In this document: piece after piece, positions 13,015-25,457 of the stretch
How the letters are laid out: each line of letters opens with the position of its first letter
Position numbering within the stretch: position 1 is the stretch's first letter
Origin: Ophelia neglecta
Taxonomy: Eukaryota
Reading direction: 5' to 3'
Assembly (NCBI GenBank): GCA_965285935.1
Contig: OZ260666.1
Coordinates: 35,712,001 to 35,776,000 of the forward strand
DNA: 64,000 nucleotides
Notes under the pieces: generated by a model
What the model saw: only the letters and a program-made list of their open reading frames with translations
Told to the model about the DNA's origin: nothing
Databases searched by the model: none
Translations under genes and position numbers: made by a program

Positions 13015-16000
13015 ATTTTTATGTCGACACTAAGCCACCAGAGAACACAAGGGTACATATGTAATTTAAAAGTAGTTACCACGAGCTCTCCACAACTGCC
13101 CAGAATTTGTTCAAGGCAAAATTATGAAACTTGAAGAAACATTTCCTGAAACCGATACTTTTTTTTCTTTTTATCAATGAGCAATGTTGTAAACAATGGC
13201 ACAGTGTCATGCTATATGTGAAGTGTGCAATTTGTATAGTTAATGCTGAGCTGCTTATCTATAAATGCATGTATCCTGTTAGCCTGCGTTCAAATATTAC
13301 TAATGAATGCACAACAGGTCCTACTTATGCCTCATTTGTCTCGAGGTATCAGTCCCCTATTTGCGTACATGTTTATGCGCTTCTTAAAGCATAATTTGAC
13401 TATTATATGAGAGAGGCTGATGTATGAACATCTGTTATACAAATAGTTCTATAACATGGTTATACTATCACACTAGCGAATAGAGAAATTAAAGTCCTAC
13501 GTAAGTTACGCAAAGTTAATTACGTGTTAATTGGGAAGTACGTTGCGGTTAATTACAAAGCTGGAGCCTGAGCAAGCCAATGCAATCCGTCTCCTGTAGT
13601 CTCCCCCTAACTTTTTAGGAGTATCGGGTTAATACGATTCATACAGGATGATGTGTTACACTGATTGGGTAATGTTGATTGGGTTTTTTCTGTATTTCCT
13701 GAATACACGTGTTGCCTTTTACGTTAAGCCGTTTCCGCCCATAAATTTGCCATGTCACCCACTTGCAGTCTTGGCGTGTTTTATTACCTCTTCTGAAATT
13801 GATGACGTTTATTGCCTTACATAGTGCAATCAAATAAAAGTAAATTTCAATGATACCACCTTCGAATTCTAGTGTTCTGTAATTAAATTCTCCTCACAAC
13901 ATGTTGTCAACGGTGTCAATGGTTGATAATTGATAAGTAATTGTTGCACAATTAGCATTACTGTTATAATTAGTGCCCGTGAGAACATTAGGAGAGAACA
14001 ACATTCTGTGTATATGAATAGAGTTGTTCACATCTGGGCTGCCAGGATCCTTCCGCGTGACCACACCGGTTCGGCTGCTGTAGCTTGCCGACCGCCGCTG
14101 TGACACGCACCTAGCGACCAGAAGTCAAAATCAATTTATCACACTGGTCGTCTGCTCATAAAGGCTTTTCAGTGAAAATAACGCCGCTGCCAAGGCTACC
14201 CAAGGCTACACTGCCCCAGAATTGTGACAAATCAACACAAGTTGTATAACTGAATTACGTTTACAGGCATGGAAAACAATTTAATACTCTATAATTATTC
14301 GCCTTCGAAGGAACGCTTTATCTCTGTGAAAGATTCAAAACACGACTACCAGTGACCGGGGAAGGAGGAGTGGACAGGATCATTTTAGTAAACCACGGTT
14401 TTCTGTTTGGATTTTGATTTAAAGGTAAGTCATTACAGCTTTTAACATCGACATGAGAGTCAAATATGGCAAGTTCCTGAACTGCTCTCTTTATTAATTA
14501 TGTTTTCGTGTTCAAACTATGTAAGGTTATTCCCTCACAAGAAATAAAAATACTCAAAAACTGTCAGACCTAAGTAAGCAAGCCATTCTTTTTGAAATCA
14601 ATAAGATATATTGTATCTAAAGCAAATCGTGGAAAATTCCATAACGATAAATTGAGACAGGGGTAAATTTCACCGGAGCTCAATATTTTTGATTAAACTA
14701 ATTATTAATATTTAAACAGCAATTATTTAAAACAACTCTTGACCCTGGAATTGTCGCGACTCGTGATTATTAACGTTAACACAATCTACTGGGCTATGGG
14801 ACTTCATATAAAGCTATATTTTTAACCTTTATATGTACATGGTGATGTATTTAATACGTATATTTATCCATAATGAAACATTATGAGCGCAAAATAAGCC
14901 CACCAACCCTCGTGATTACTGCACGCATGTTATCATGGTGATGGTATAAGAACTGGTTGCCTGTAGACAAACAAAGCATTTATATTTGAATAAACTGCAG
15001 TTAAGCTCACTTAAAATGTTTTTTATGTCTTTATAAGTAGATCGTTTTCCAACTTCGGCTTTTTGTTTCTTGGATTCAGCCTTGTTAACATAGAATTATG
15101 ACATGTTTGAGTTCTTGGTTGTATTTTAGTGAATGTAAACCACCCCAAAAAGAGGTTAACGTGTTTGTTTGGGCAATAAACAATAAAATATGACACGGTG
15201 GCAGGAACAAACGTACAAGAGTGGCGACAATGAAATTCCCTTTAAATAGTGAATGCGGTAACGAGCATTAGCCTTACGTGTATTTTTTTTTCGTACAAAC
15301 AGTAATATAACTTATGAATCAACATTCTCATAAAAACATCCACATAAATCTGGAACTTACAAGACGTGGTCTCATTTGTGTGCTTTAGTGTGCATTTTTT
15401 AAAAGTATTGCCTACGTTATATTAAATCATTGTTGGATGTTCGCCACTTTCGCCTTACGAGCAAATTGGTTCATGTAGGGGCCTCTATCCGACAGTGCCG
15501 ATATATCCACGACCAGGCCTTCTATAGAGGGACAAAGTTACATATGTATACATGGTAAATGTTTAAATGTGGCCGAGTGGCGCGACGGTTTTTCATTGAC
15601 CTATATAGCCTATAGCAAGGTCATGGCACTTACGGTCTTTTTTCTGCTTTTTTCTCTCTACGTTTTTCTCGTGAACTGTACACTATGGGCCAAACAATTG
15701 CTGCAAATAGACTTCTTTAATAGTTTACATGCAAATAAATAAATTACTATAAACACGAGAAGTGTCGACCGCGTCAGTATACCAAAGTAACATGAGTACG
15801 TTTACAAAATATATTTCTTTAATCTTAATGAGCCAAATGCATGAATGAATGTTCAGATTATGAAAAAATATTACCCCAGTAACCAAAGTTTATATACACC
15901 CAACAGAATTTAGAAACCTGCGTTAAAATTGATGTTTGAAGGTCAACACCACGGTCATGGCCGTCCAGCGTATATCACAAGGACAGATATTTTAGGCTAC

Positions 16001-19000
16001 CCATTTCGATTTTGTGGATCCCTTGCATATCAATTCAAAGACTGTTCACCCTAAAGAAACACTCGTTGGTTAGTCGCAAATTACATTTTTATTTTATTTT
16101 CAGAATAGAATGGCATACGGTTATAGAAAAGTAAATAGCAACCAGTTGACCCACATCGTAGACCGGCTGACCTCGCCGACGCGCGCCAGTAGCGCGTGGC
16201 ATCACGACTACGACGCTCAGGAGACGCACCTCAGCTACCTCCGGAGACGTGACCCACGATTCCAACCTCAGCGCAGCGTCAGCCCCAAGGAGCTAGACCA
16301 TATCGTGGTCCGGCTCACCAGGCCCACCACAGCAAGTACCGCTAATTGCTGGAATTTCGACAACCAAGACGCGAACCTCGCCTATCTAAAAAAGGTCGAC
16401 CACTGCATTCAGATCCCATTCCGCAGCAAATCCGTGGCCTGCACACTGGAGAACTCGGACCCGAATGGAGGTAGTCCAGTGACGCGCAAGTCCCGAATTT
16501 CCATCAACCATTTGCCTACATCTCGCACGGCCAGTGCCACACCCAAGTACGGTTTCTGGGCCACCTGCGGCCGTTCGGTTAACCCGAGCCAGCTGATCGA
16601 CGCCGCCGCAAGGCTGTCACGCCAGCAACGGTCCCGCTACAGCACCCGTGAGACGAGTCGCTCGGCCGCCACCAAAAGAGACATGTCTCCCTGCTCCGTC
16701 GAGGAAGAGGAGGAAGTGGCTATCAAACTCAGCTGCGATTCTTCTCAGGCTCAATTCAAATCTGCTCCAAACGCCCATACGAACAACAACCAGGAAGTAC
16801 TGGTCAGCTGAGAATTTTTTCTCGTATACATTTTAGACCACCAATAGGTCCTGGTGGCACCAGGTTTTGGCTGCTAAGTGTATACAAGTTTGCTTGTAGC
16901 TTCGAAGGTTTTTTGCCAAAATTGTACACACTTTTAATTAGTACATTTGGTAAATATAATCCACAGGCCGTGGACAGATAAAACACTGAAGGTTTTTTCT
17001 TCATTTTATATATTCATATTTACTATATAATGTTACAAGTGTATGTTCGATTAACTTGATGAAGTTGTATGTTTCCAGTATGCCCACATAGTATTAAGAT
17101 ATTATAATTATAGATAATGGCCTAAGTAACTTTATGTTTATAATGTCTACATTCATTGTGTGTTGGATAACTTAAATGACTAGCTGCATTTCCAGCAAAC
17201 AACCATGTACATGTATAAGTATGTTCACAATAAATTTCACCTTCGCACATATTTGGACCAATTGAGAATTGTCATTGCTTACACATTTTAAACTACATGA
17301 AGGTCGACGTGGCTGTACCCAGTACCCCTGATACGTGTAATCATGTCAATTGGTTTTGATCGTTACTGAAATCATCATTATACGTGGTTTTTTTTTATCT
17401 GTGTATTGGTTAGCTATTCACTACCGATGACTGGTGCTCCGATACCCCCTTTAACAAGGTCAGGGTAGCGACAAAACAAAGTCTGTGTGAAACCTGTGGG
17501 TAACATCTGCTAATAATTTATATACAGCTTGATTAAACAAAAAGAAATACCACTTGGAAGAATCCAGGCGTTATCGTTTGGCCTCTGGGCTGCAGGTATA
17601 TGCCGAGAGGAGGAGATATGCCGAGAGGAGGAGGGGGTGGTAGTGGTTGGGGGGGGGGGGGGGGCTAATATATCATCATGTTTTAGTGATGTTCTTTACT
17701 ACAGCAATGTGTCCAGCTTGTCCTGTATTTGAAAGTTATGTTAGCGTCATAAACGCTTTTGTGATCATATTCATACAGAAAATATGCGCAGCCAAATCAT
17801 TTGAAAGCAAATTGCAAATTTATTATTGTTTATTGAGGCTGGCTGCGTTACATTTAGGCGCATGTAAGTTCAAACATGCAACATGTGCATGACCCAACAG
17901 AAGCAAGTGGAATGTTTGGGTTTTTGTTTCTTAGCGACAGCAAAGAAATACAATAGTAGTAAGTATGTTTGTAACAAATAGGACACAGGCATATATAGTA
18001 GTTTGTACATAGGAAACAGACAGGAAACAAAATAGAAGTGTGATTTTATGTAAAAGAACAGTAGTGAGTGTGTATGTTAAGACAATGAAATATAGATAAC
18101 CTAGTGAATCATGTAACACGAGTAGCGCCGGTGTATGGTTGGTTGGCGGTTGATGGCTTTACGTGGCCTGTGGTATTAAAAATGAAATAACAATTCAACG
18201 TTCCCACTTCTTCTCTGAAAGAAACCGTGCAGATATATGTGTATTTCTACCTAAGAACGTGTTGTGGCCGCCACGTTTACTTTTGCTTATATGATATTAT
18301 TTAAAGGAATCAAATATATCGCATCTACAAAAGGTATACTTATTCACAATTCAAATTCAATCATACGATTAAAAGTTTAATATAGGCACGTGCATGCATT
18401 CCAAATTGAAAGGGATGAGAAAAAGGATAGTCCTGAGTACATTATTTATTCTTTTCATTTTAGGCTGGTAGAATCCATATCAGTGAACCTTGTAACCAGT
18501 GTCTCAAAGGATCCCAGTTCGTCACAGTATTTCGAGGAAAAGTCAACATTAAGGTGTGTTTTGCGAAATAAATACATTACGTGAACTTGTCTGGACTTGG
18601 TCATGCATCAATATAACTGTGTGTAAAGATATGATGGTTTTAAGATTGCCCTGTGGGATACAGAGAGCCTGACTATTCAAGCAAATTGACAATTGATAAA
18701 TCTGGCGGTTTTGTTATATTATGTGGCTAGTTTATAATGATTAACGGTCAGACGTTTCTCTCGATATTAATCAACTGGCTTGATACTGAGGGTTGAATCA
18801 GCTCTGTACTTGTTGGTCAGTCTGTATTTTGGTGGTGCTCAGAAAAAAATATAAGCCAGCTAGAAGAAAGTTTTTTATTTCTGTGAGTATTAGCAAACCA
18901 CTCACTAATTTGGTAGTAATGTGCCAACGTCGGGCGCCATATGTTGCATACAGGCTAAAATTATAGGATAAAAAGGGCCAATAATTTGTCCATTAGTCAC

Positions 19001-22000
19001 GTTGTTCTTTATTATACATTATATAGGGGTAGGGTCAGGTCAGGTTTGTCACAGGAAATGAATATTGATGTGGATAACACGGTAACCAGTGCCTGCATAG
19101 GATACTATGCAGGGTCAACGATTGTTTAATTTAAAATGGTTGAACTTAAGCAATTTGTTTTTAATCTATATTTCCACACTACTACTGCTACCATACTACT
19201 AGGCGTCATTTGAGCACCACTCAAGAGGGGGGGGGGGGGGCCATAATCTCTTCCTCTCAGTTAAGCATACTTATAACTACGACCAAATTCGTCTCATTCT
19301 AATTTTCTAACGAATGTGTCTAATTGGCGCGAGTGGAAACTTTCCAGTGGCCGTAATAAGAAAAAAATAATAACACGTTCTACCCTTGCAGGACCGAGTG
19401 GTGTGCCAGGTGACAAGTCATACAGAAATTTAAAGTAGTACGCAGAAAGTGTACGAAATATATTGCAAACTGTTTTCTGTTGGAAAATTTTTATATTACA
19501 GAACCTATGTTGTTTTTGAAAGATTTGCAAGACATACTTTGATTTTGTGAACCGCATAGCGGAAGATATGTGACTGCTACAGTCTTGTCTATTATACCTG
19601 TATAATGATTACATGTATGTTAGTTAAGAGTGGTGAAGGGCATCTAAAATACTGGTTTTTGTCATTTATAGCCCAGGACTTCTATGCTTATATTAGTGTG
19701 TCTGTTGTGTTAAATGAACATTCAAAAAAACTATTTAAAATGCCAAATAACTATTTTCCAATATGGCCGCTCATGGTCCAAACACAATTGCTGACATTCA
19801 ATTTTAAATATTTAGATATTTGATACAAATGATCACATTTGGTATCTCAGGGAAAAGGCCAGATGAACACCTATTGGTTGGCAGGGAACAGAGATGATCC
19901 CCAGATAAGACAAGTCTGTAGAGAGCTGAAACAGGAACACACTCGTAATCTGTCCCTCTTGACTGCCTCTTCCAGGTACGCATTCACTTCCAGACAAAAA
20001 TAACTAAATAGCTCCATGGACATATTTTGGTATAATGGGACGAATGTAGGGTTTTCCCAGATTAGTAGATTAACTTAGAGGTCGGCATAGAGGTCCGCAT
20101 TTCTTGGAAAGTCTTTCCTTAACCGATGCCAGCGGTACATAATATATTCCTTAATGTGCATATCTCTCTACAGAAATGAAAGCTTTTTTGACTTCCGACG
20201 GGCGCGGAAGGGCAGTGAAATGCAAATTAGTTTTATGTTTGAAGAGGCTATGAGACGCGAACGAGAGTCGTCGTCCTCGGCGGGTACGGGGGTGACCACT
20301 TCAGATGTGGCCTCGTCCTCACATCGCTTCTCGGACGGGTCTCGGACCTCCTCCATCACCAGCATACCCCCCATCATCAGCGAGGAGGGTAAGACCGTCA
20401 TATTTTTGTTTGTGTCATTGTGCCGGCCAATCTAGCCTTTTCTACTGTAATTATCCATAGACGTGTACTAGCCGCATGGATTGTTCACATGTCGGCCAAT
20501 GTGCCAAAATACAGACAACTATACCCCTGTAACAGTACAATTATACACTTGATGATAGGAACTTTTACAGTGTATATATTTAAACAATATTGTAATTTAC
20601 AAAGACTATATTTTCAGAGTGCCTCTGCTTCAGTGTGCGAAGCGATGACTCCGATTCAGAAACGAATTCCGGGTCACACGAAAGTAGTAGTAATCAGTCA
20701 TCGTTGTTCGCGAGTAGTGGCAAAAACTACTTACACCCACATCCTCAACTCGCCTACCTGTCTCCGGACCAAAGTTGGCAGACCACTCAGTATATACTCA
20801 AGGAAACCCTCTCTTCATCCTCACGAATGCCAGGCACTCTGCAAGGAAACCAATTTATGAAGCCAGGCAGAAGAGTGTCTTGTCCTTTTGCTGAAGAATT
20901 CCAAGAAATGCTGAAACAAAAAGGTCAAGGTGGTTTGAATCTACCAGATATCCACAATGTGGACTCGGCTCTACATAAACCCGAAGGAGACAACCTGATC
21001 AAACATACCACAGAATTTGGTGCAGACCGTTCAAGTGAAAACAAAGTAGATAAGGTGACATTTGAATGTCCGGTTTTTACACTATCTCCATCGATTTCAG
21101 CGACGGATATTGAACCAGAAATTGACCCTTCACCATTGGTGGCACAAGGTGATCTTTCATTCTCGCAGATTGTTCTAGAAGAGCTGAAACCCCCCAAAGA
21201 ACATAGTTGTTCCATAAAGGTGCACAGAGGTGATCAGGCAAACGAAGAAGCTGGAGTTATTGACATTCCGGACGTCAAATCTGATTGTAGTAAGACTTCT
21301 TTCTCTGCTCCTCCATCAATTGCTGATAAACAGAAACCCCAAAACGCCCATACTCCAAAATTCTATTTATCTCCCCAAAACAGCAGCGACATCCTCAATA
21401 TTCATAATGATGCAAAGGAGAGTGACCTGCCTAGTTTGACCGGGACTGGGGACCTTGGAAGTCTTGTGGTGTCGACCTTGTCACAGTTTGACTCAATTCA
21501 CTATGCGGAAGTCCACTCGTTTCCTCAGAAAAAATCCGTGCCCAAAGACCCGAGGTTTTCTTCTACATCGTGTTTCCCTGATATATTCAAGCGGCCGCAT
21601 TTCCCAAAGAAAACCTGTATACACGGTAAGTTGTTGAAACAGTTGCCCAAGAGTGCTCCCGTGACAGCCCGAAACAGTTTGCAGAATGTGAACGGTGAAG
21701 AGAGCGAAGAGGACCCGACTGACCTCACAAAAAGTCATTCAATCACTAGCAACGGCTTCTTTGTCCGCTCTTCGACGTCACTAATAACAGCCGATATTCA
21801 TTCTGAACATAATAGGTCATCTCCGCGAAGCACATTGCAGACGATCAATGACTTGATTAAGGATGGCGACAAGAACGTTACCAGGGTCACCAGACCTATT
21901 GATATACCTGGCAAACCATGTATAAACCCATACAACAATGCAGTGCCTTTCATCCAATGCCCACGGCCATTCCGTTCCAGTTCCCTTCAGGCCCAAACCT

Positions 22001-22215
22001 TGCCGAAGATGCCTTTGCTGAATGTGGGAAATGCGGCGGAGATGGAGCGCTGTGGCAGCGCCTCGGCCTTCCTGGAGAGTCTCCAAGTCAACCAGCACTG
22101 TCTGGAAGAGGGGTCGAGTGTGGAGAGCGACATCTCTGATCTCAATGGGGCTCACGAGGAGAATGGGCGAGAAGGAGAGCCAAAATCACTGAGGAACAGG
22201 ACAACTTCCTGCTGA
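1759..22215 (+). CDS. Soluble guanylyl cyclase subunit (beta/atypical Gyc88E/89D-like), 5'-partial, 11 coding exons in window
   Basis: Frame-consistent GT-AG exons: 1759-1914, 3016-3200, 3927-4056, 5417-5563, 8273-8419, 9904-10072, 11031-11140, 18464-18553, 19851-19975, 20174-20388, 20618-22215 (3072 nt = 1023 aa + stop). Motifs: VFPF..., [21 protein letters not shown] (H-NOBA); [15 protein letters not shown] (coiled coil); [54 protein letters not shown] (class III cyclase). H-NOX exons presumably lie upstream of the window. Confidence 0.95.
3423..3648 (+). mobile_element. MITE copy 1 (~226 bp, ~39-bp terminal inverted repeats)
   Basis: ggctgtgtgtttacggcgaaagcgaaagcttcggcgaaa ... tttcgccgaagctttcgcttacgccgttaacacaaagcc; internal taaccct/gggtta inverted motifs; second copy at 25233-25457. 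Confidence 0.85.
5417..5563 (+). CDS. sGC coiled-coil (signalling helix) exon
   Basis: cctag|CAA...GAG|gtaatt; [49 protein letters not shown]. Confidence 0.93.
8273..19975 (+). CDS. sGC catalytic-domain exons (8273-8419, 9904-10072, 11031-11140, 18464-18553, 19851-19975)
   Basis: [11 protein letters not shown]...[12 protein letters not shown] / [16 protein letters not shown]...QIRV / [37 protein letters not shown] / AGRIHISE...RGKVNIK / [10 protein letters not shown]. Confidence 0.95.
11280..11810. repeat. 32-bp minisatellite (cagtcctctggtccatctagccgctgttggct), ~13 well-conserved units plus degenerate flanks
   Basis: Head-to-tail units with no spacers; the 96-nt (3-unit) period is visible in ORF 11452-11637. 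Confidence 0.95.
12940..13016. repeat. (TAA/TTA)n microsatellite
   Basis: taataataataat...attattattatt runs; these produce the spurious poly-Y and poly-I ORFs. Confidence 0.9.
14110..14430 (+). promoter_or_regulatory. Candidate promoter / 5'-UTR exon for the nested gene
   Basis: RFX X-box-like half site CCTAGCGAC at 14110-14118 in a locally CpG-richer patch; consensus donor AAG|GTAAGT at 14424/14425 not used by any sGC coding exon. Confidence 0.35.
16110..16811 (+). CDS. Nested 233-aa basic repeat protein (RLTxPTxAS repeats) inside sGC intron 11141-18463
   Basis: GC-rich ORF with coding-like composition in an AT-rich intron; strong acceptor ttttattttattttcag at 16103, 6 nt before the ATG; two clear internal repeats ([15 protein letters not shown] / [15 protein letters not shown], each followed by W..D.Q..L.YL) plus degenerate copies; AATAAA at 17229-17234. 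Confidence 0.85.
   Translation: MAYGYRKVNSNQLTHIVDRLTSPTRASSAWHHDYDAQETHLSYLRRRDPRFQPQRSVSPKELDHIVVRLTRPTTASTANCWNFDNQDANLAYLKKVDHCIQIPFRSKSVACTLENSDPNGGSPVTRKSRISINHLPTSRTASATPKYGFWATCGRSVNPSQLIDAAARLSRQQRSRYSTRETSRSAATKRDMSPCSVEEEEEVAIKLSCDSSQAQFKSAPNAHTNNNQEVLVS
20174..22215 (+). CDS. sGC C-terminal Ser/Pro/acidic low-complexity tail exons (20174-20388, 20618-22215)
   Basis: Phase-compatible with the upstream exons (2 then 1); the last exon contains the 526-aa ORF 20635-22215 and ends ...RNRTTSC*. Confidence 0.8.
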
Positions 22216-22744
22216 GTAGGTCTATTTTCACCTGCAAGCATTCTATAAGATCATCAAATGGTGCTTTGCCAACAGATTCATTATTTCACTTAGATTACCA
22301 ATGCTGATAAGATCATGTTGATTTTTGTACACCTTCCACGTTTAATGCCAATACCTCTTAACACTCAGTGCCAAACCTGCAAATACTCCTTCCATGTAGG
22401 CCTAGACAGTTGAAAAAATAGTTGGGGTCTTGATAAACTATATTCGACCCCGATTTGAGTGTGTGAATGAAGCTAGTCACCTTGTTTTAATCGTTCTGTT
22501 GTCTGCTGGTTGTACCGGTTGTCGCCGGAAAAGCATATTTAAGAACTTGGGCATTTTTAAAAATATAACATTTGTCAATTTTATTATGTGTCATTAAAGC
22601 TGAAGATTTCGTTTCATTATCAGAACCTTGGAGAGCTTTTATATATTGTCGTTATTGGCGACATGTTCATCTTAATCAGAAGAGTGTCAGTATTTTCCAG
22701 AAAACTAAGTGTTAAAAAGTGGCTTCTGTGCCAATAATTGCTGA

Positions 22745-22750
22745 AATAAA
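22745..22750 (+). terminator. Candidate polyadenylation signal of the sGC gene
   Basis: AATAAA ~530 nt after the stop codon, followed by T-rich sequence. Confidence 0.45.
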
Positions 22751-24699
22751 AATTATATATGTATATTACTCCTTTTTTTGCTCGTCAATTTCTGTCGTTT
22801 CCACGAATTCGAATATTAGCTATACATATTGACACTACAACCAAAACACTACTCCTGAATGGCTTTGACATTCATGTTCACTACAGTTAATGTGATATTT
22901 GATCTTTTCTAATCATAGAGCTGTGAAGCATGAGCTAATTAAAGGGAATGTTTATATATATGACTTAGAATTGTGAGGAAGATTCGTAATCCCTGTCGTA
23001 AAAAGAGCGCCAACAGCAAGTTTTTATCACGTCATCAGACCCATCGTTTAAAACGATGTCACAGCTAGGACAAGATAACTCTCCCATCTAAAGATGTTTT
23101 ACGTCAATTTCAGAAGAACTCCCCAGAACTAACAAATAGGTTCAAGCTAACTTGCGCAACATCCGTGAGTTGTCTAGTCATGTAACCCCCTCAGAATCGA
23201 GACTGTAGGCAATCATTCCCTCGGATCAGCAGAAATAGTATTCTATGAAACGATTTTTATGGCCAATTTCACTCCCTTGAAAAGCTGCAGATCTAGGTTC
23301 ATGCCAAGACCCACGCCGTAGGTTTAAGATCTACTCAGAATGACTGACTGTATCCAGCGCTGAGAGCAATAAGCTATCTGTATGGCGGTGATGAACTGGT
23401 GTGTATTGGGAACTGGTGTGAATTGGTATCTTGTGGGCTATGCTAGGCTTATTGTATTCATTCCGAAGACGGGACTGATGACTGTACAAAACTTGTAATT
23501 TTCAACAGTTCAATAAACATATGCCTTGATACCCAAGACACATGCTTCACAGCATATAACGATTGATTTGAAGGATGGGAATTCCCTAACAGAGGGATAA
23601 ACTTTTTTGTAAATCATGACGAAATCTTCGCCATGTACGGCCAGCTTTGTGCCATTGGTTTATCGCAGTGCCCAGAGGGCAGTACTTCCTGTAATACAGG
23701 TAGAAAATTGTAAGGGATGTATAATTGAGGGGAGACAGAGAAACGTGTACACCTGCGTATCCGTACAAGTTAAACAGTCTATAACCTGCTAGGAATGCGC
23801 GTCATTGAACCGCGGCTTTGTCGGCAGGAATTCCTTGTATATCCGGCAATCAGAAGACGTAAATCATGTCGAAGCCTGGGTTATTGCGGCTTATTAAGTT
23901 GAATAGCTCCCAACTGCAGGTGCTCTGCGACCTAAGCGTCTCGGAAGAAATATTATTGAGCAATAACTGTATTATATTTGAGGTATATCCTGGGATCCCA
24001 GGAGGGAGCTATGATGATGATGCTCATCATTTAGGCCTTCAGTCCGTTTTCTTATTTCTGCGTTACTGTCAAAAGCACATTGACTATAACTTGTATTCAA
24101 GTCAAGAAAATAACATTTAGTCGTGTTCCTGGGCTTGTATGCTGCACATAGGAAAAGTGGGATTTCTGGTCCGTTGCGTTTGTAGCATGCATCCCTGCTA
24201 TATAATGTCATTGATAAACTATAATTTATTCACCATTTGCCGGTATATAATTATAAAACATAAAACGGATGATTGCAAAATGCCACTTAAAACACAAAAT
24301 GGCCGCTAGCTCTGCAGCTCCCGAGTGGCAAGCATCCGGCCATTTTCCCAGTTTGCTCCTTAGCGGAACATGAGGTTTCCGAGATCCCTGTAAATGTACT
24401 TGGAATTTGAGGCCCTCTAACTCGTTAACAACCTTTACCATACCAATTCATTTGTGGAACGAAGCTGAGGCAAACCGGAAGCTTGAGGTTGGTAACTTTG
24501 TTCACTGAGTGACGAACCATTAGCAAACTGTAAATGGTCTTTAGCAACTCAATGTGGAATAACCACTTTCCTCCTACGATTCAGCCAAATGTCTTGCTGA
24601 CAAATTTGCCCTTTGCAGAGAAAAATTGTGAAAAATCAGTCTCAGTTAAGCTGAATTTGATATATAGAAAAGTCTCCCACAATAGAAGGAACTTACAAT

Positions 24700-25200
24700 G
24701 GCCCTTCACTGAAAAATTCTTGCTTCTACAACTGCAAATGAAATCTAATTGATTATCATGAAGGCATTCCCCCAAGTCATGTGTGCTACTGTAGCTACGC
24801 TCTAGGAGACTAGATGAAATTCTGCCGGTCATGACGCAAATAATAAACGTGTCTGTAAATGCAAGAGAGGTGCCCCTTGTCATGAAAAAGACACTCATAA
24901 GACGCATTTTAAAAGAATCAAACCTAAACAAGGAGCAATTAGGCAATTTAAGGCCAGTGTCGAAGTTGTCCATCTACAAAATTGCTGAGAAAGTACTAGC
25001 AAACAGAGCAACATCATAGTGTGGAAACTGCACTGTTGCGCGTGCAGGATGATACCCTAATGTTACACACTTTTGGTCAGCAGCAAAAGGTTCTCCGGTA
25101 CTTTTAAACTTACCGGCTGCATTCAATACCGTTGAACAAGCAGGATGCTTCCTCGCAAACTACAAAGTACATTTGATATTGATAATATATTATTCGAACC
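24700..25200 (+). mobile_element. Decayed non-LTR retrotransposon (CR1/L2-like) reverse transcriptase fragment
   Basis: LPVMTQIINVS...VP...LK..NL..EQLGNLRPVSKL...KIAEKV, then HSVETALLRVQDD and VLLNLPAAFNTV (cf. YRPVSNL...STETAL...LDLSAAFDTV); frameshifts and deletions present. Confidence 0.8.
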
Positions 25201-25232
25201 TTTGTCAAACAACACGGTGCATGGGTGCCATG

Positions 25233-25457
25233 GGCTTTGTGTTAACGGCGAAAGCGAAAGCTGTTGCGAAAGCAGCATTGGTGACACAATAGTCTAAAAT
25301 ATAAGTTATTTTATAACCCAACCCTAACCCAGACATCTCAACTTTGTTTTTGATGTAAATGGGGAAGGGGAGGGTTATTATTGTGTTCATATTAGCTACA
25401 TTTAAGAGGCCATGCGGCTTTGGCCGAAGCTTTCGCTTTCGCCGTTAACACAAAGCC
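25233..25457 (-). mobile_element. MITE copy 2 (inverted relative to copy 1)
   Basis: Same TIRs (ggctttgtgttaacggcgaaagcgaaagc ... gctttcgctttcgccgttaacacaaagcc); the interior is the reverse complement of 3423-3648. Confidence 0.85.

Noticed and set aside
12870-13134. Poly-Tyr / poly-Ile ORFs
   Set aside because: Translations of a (TTA)n microsatellite.
20635-22215. 526-aa ORF as a stand-alone gene
   Set aside because: It begins at GTG just after a phase-compatible acceptor (20617); better explained as the last sGC exon.
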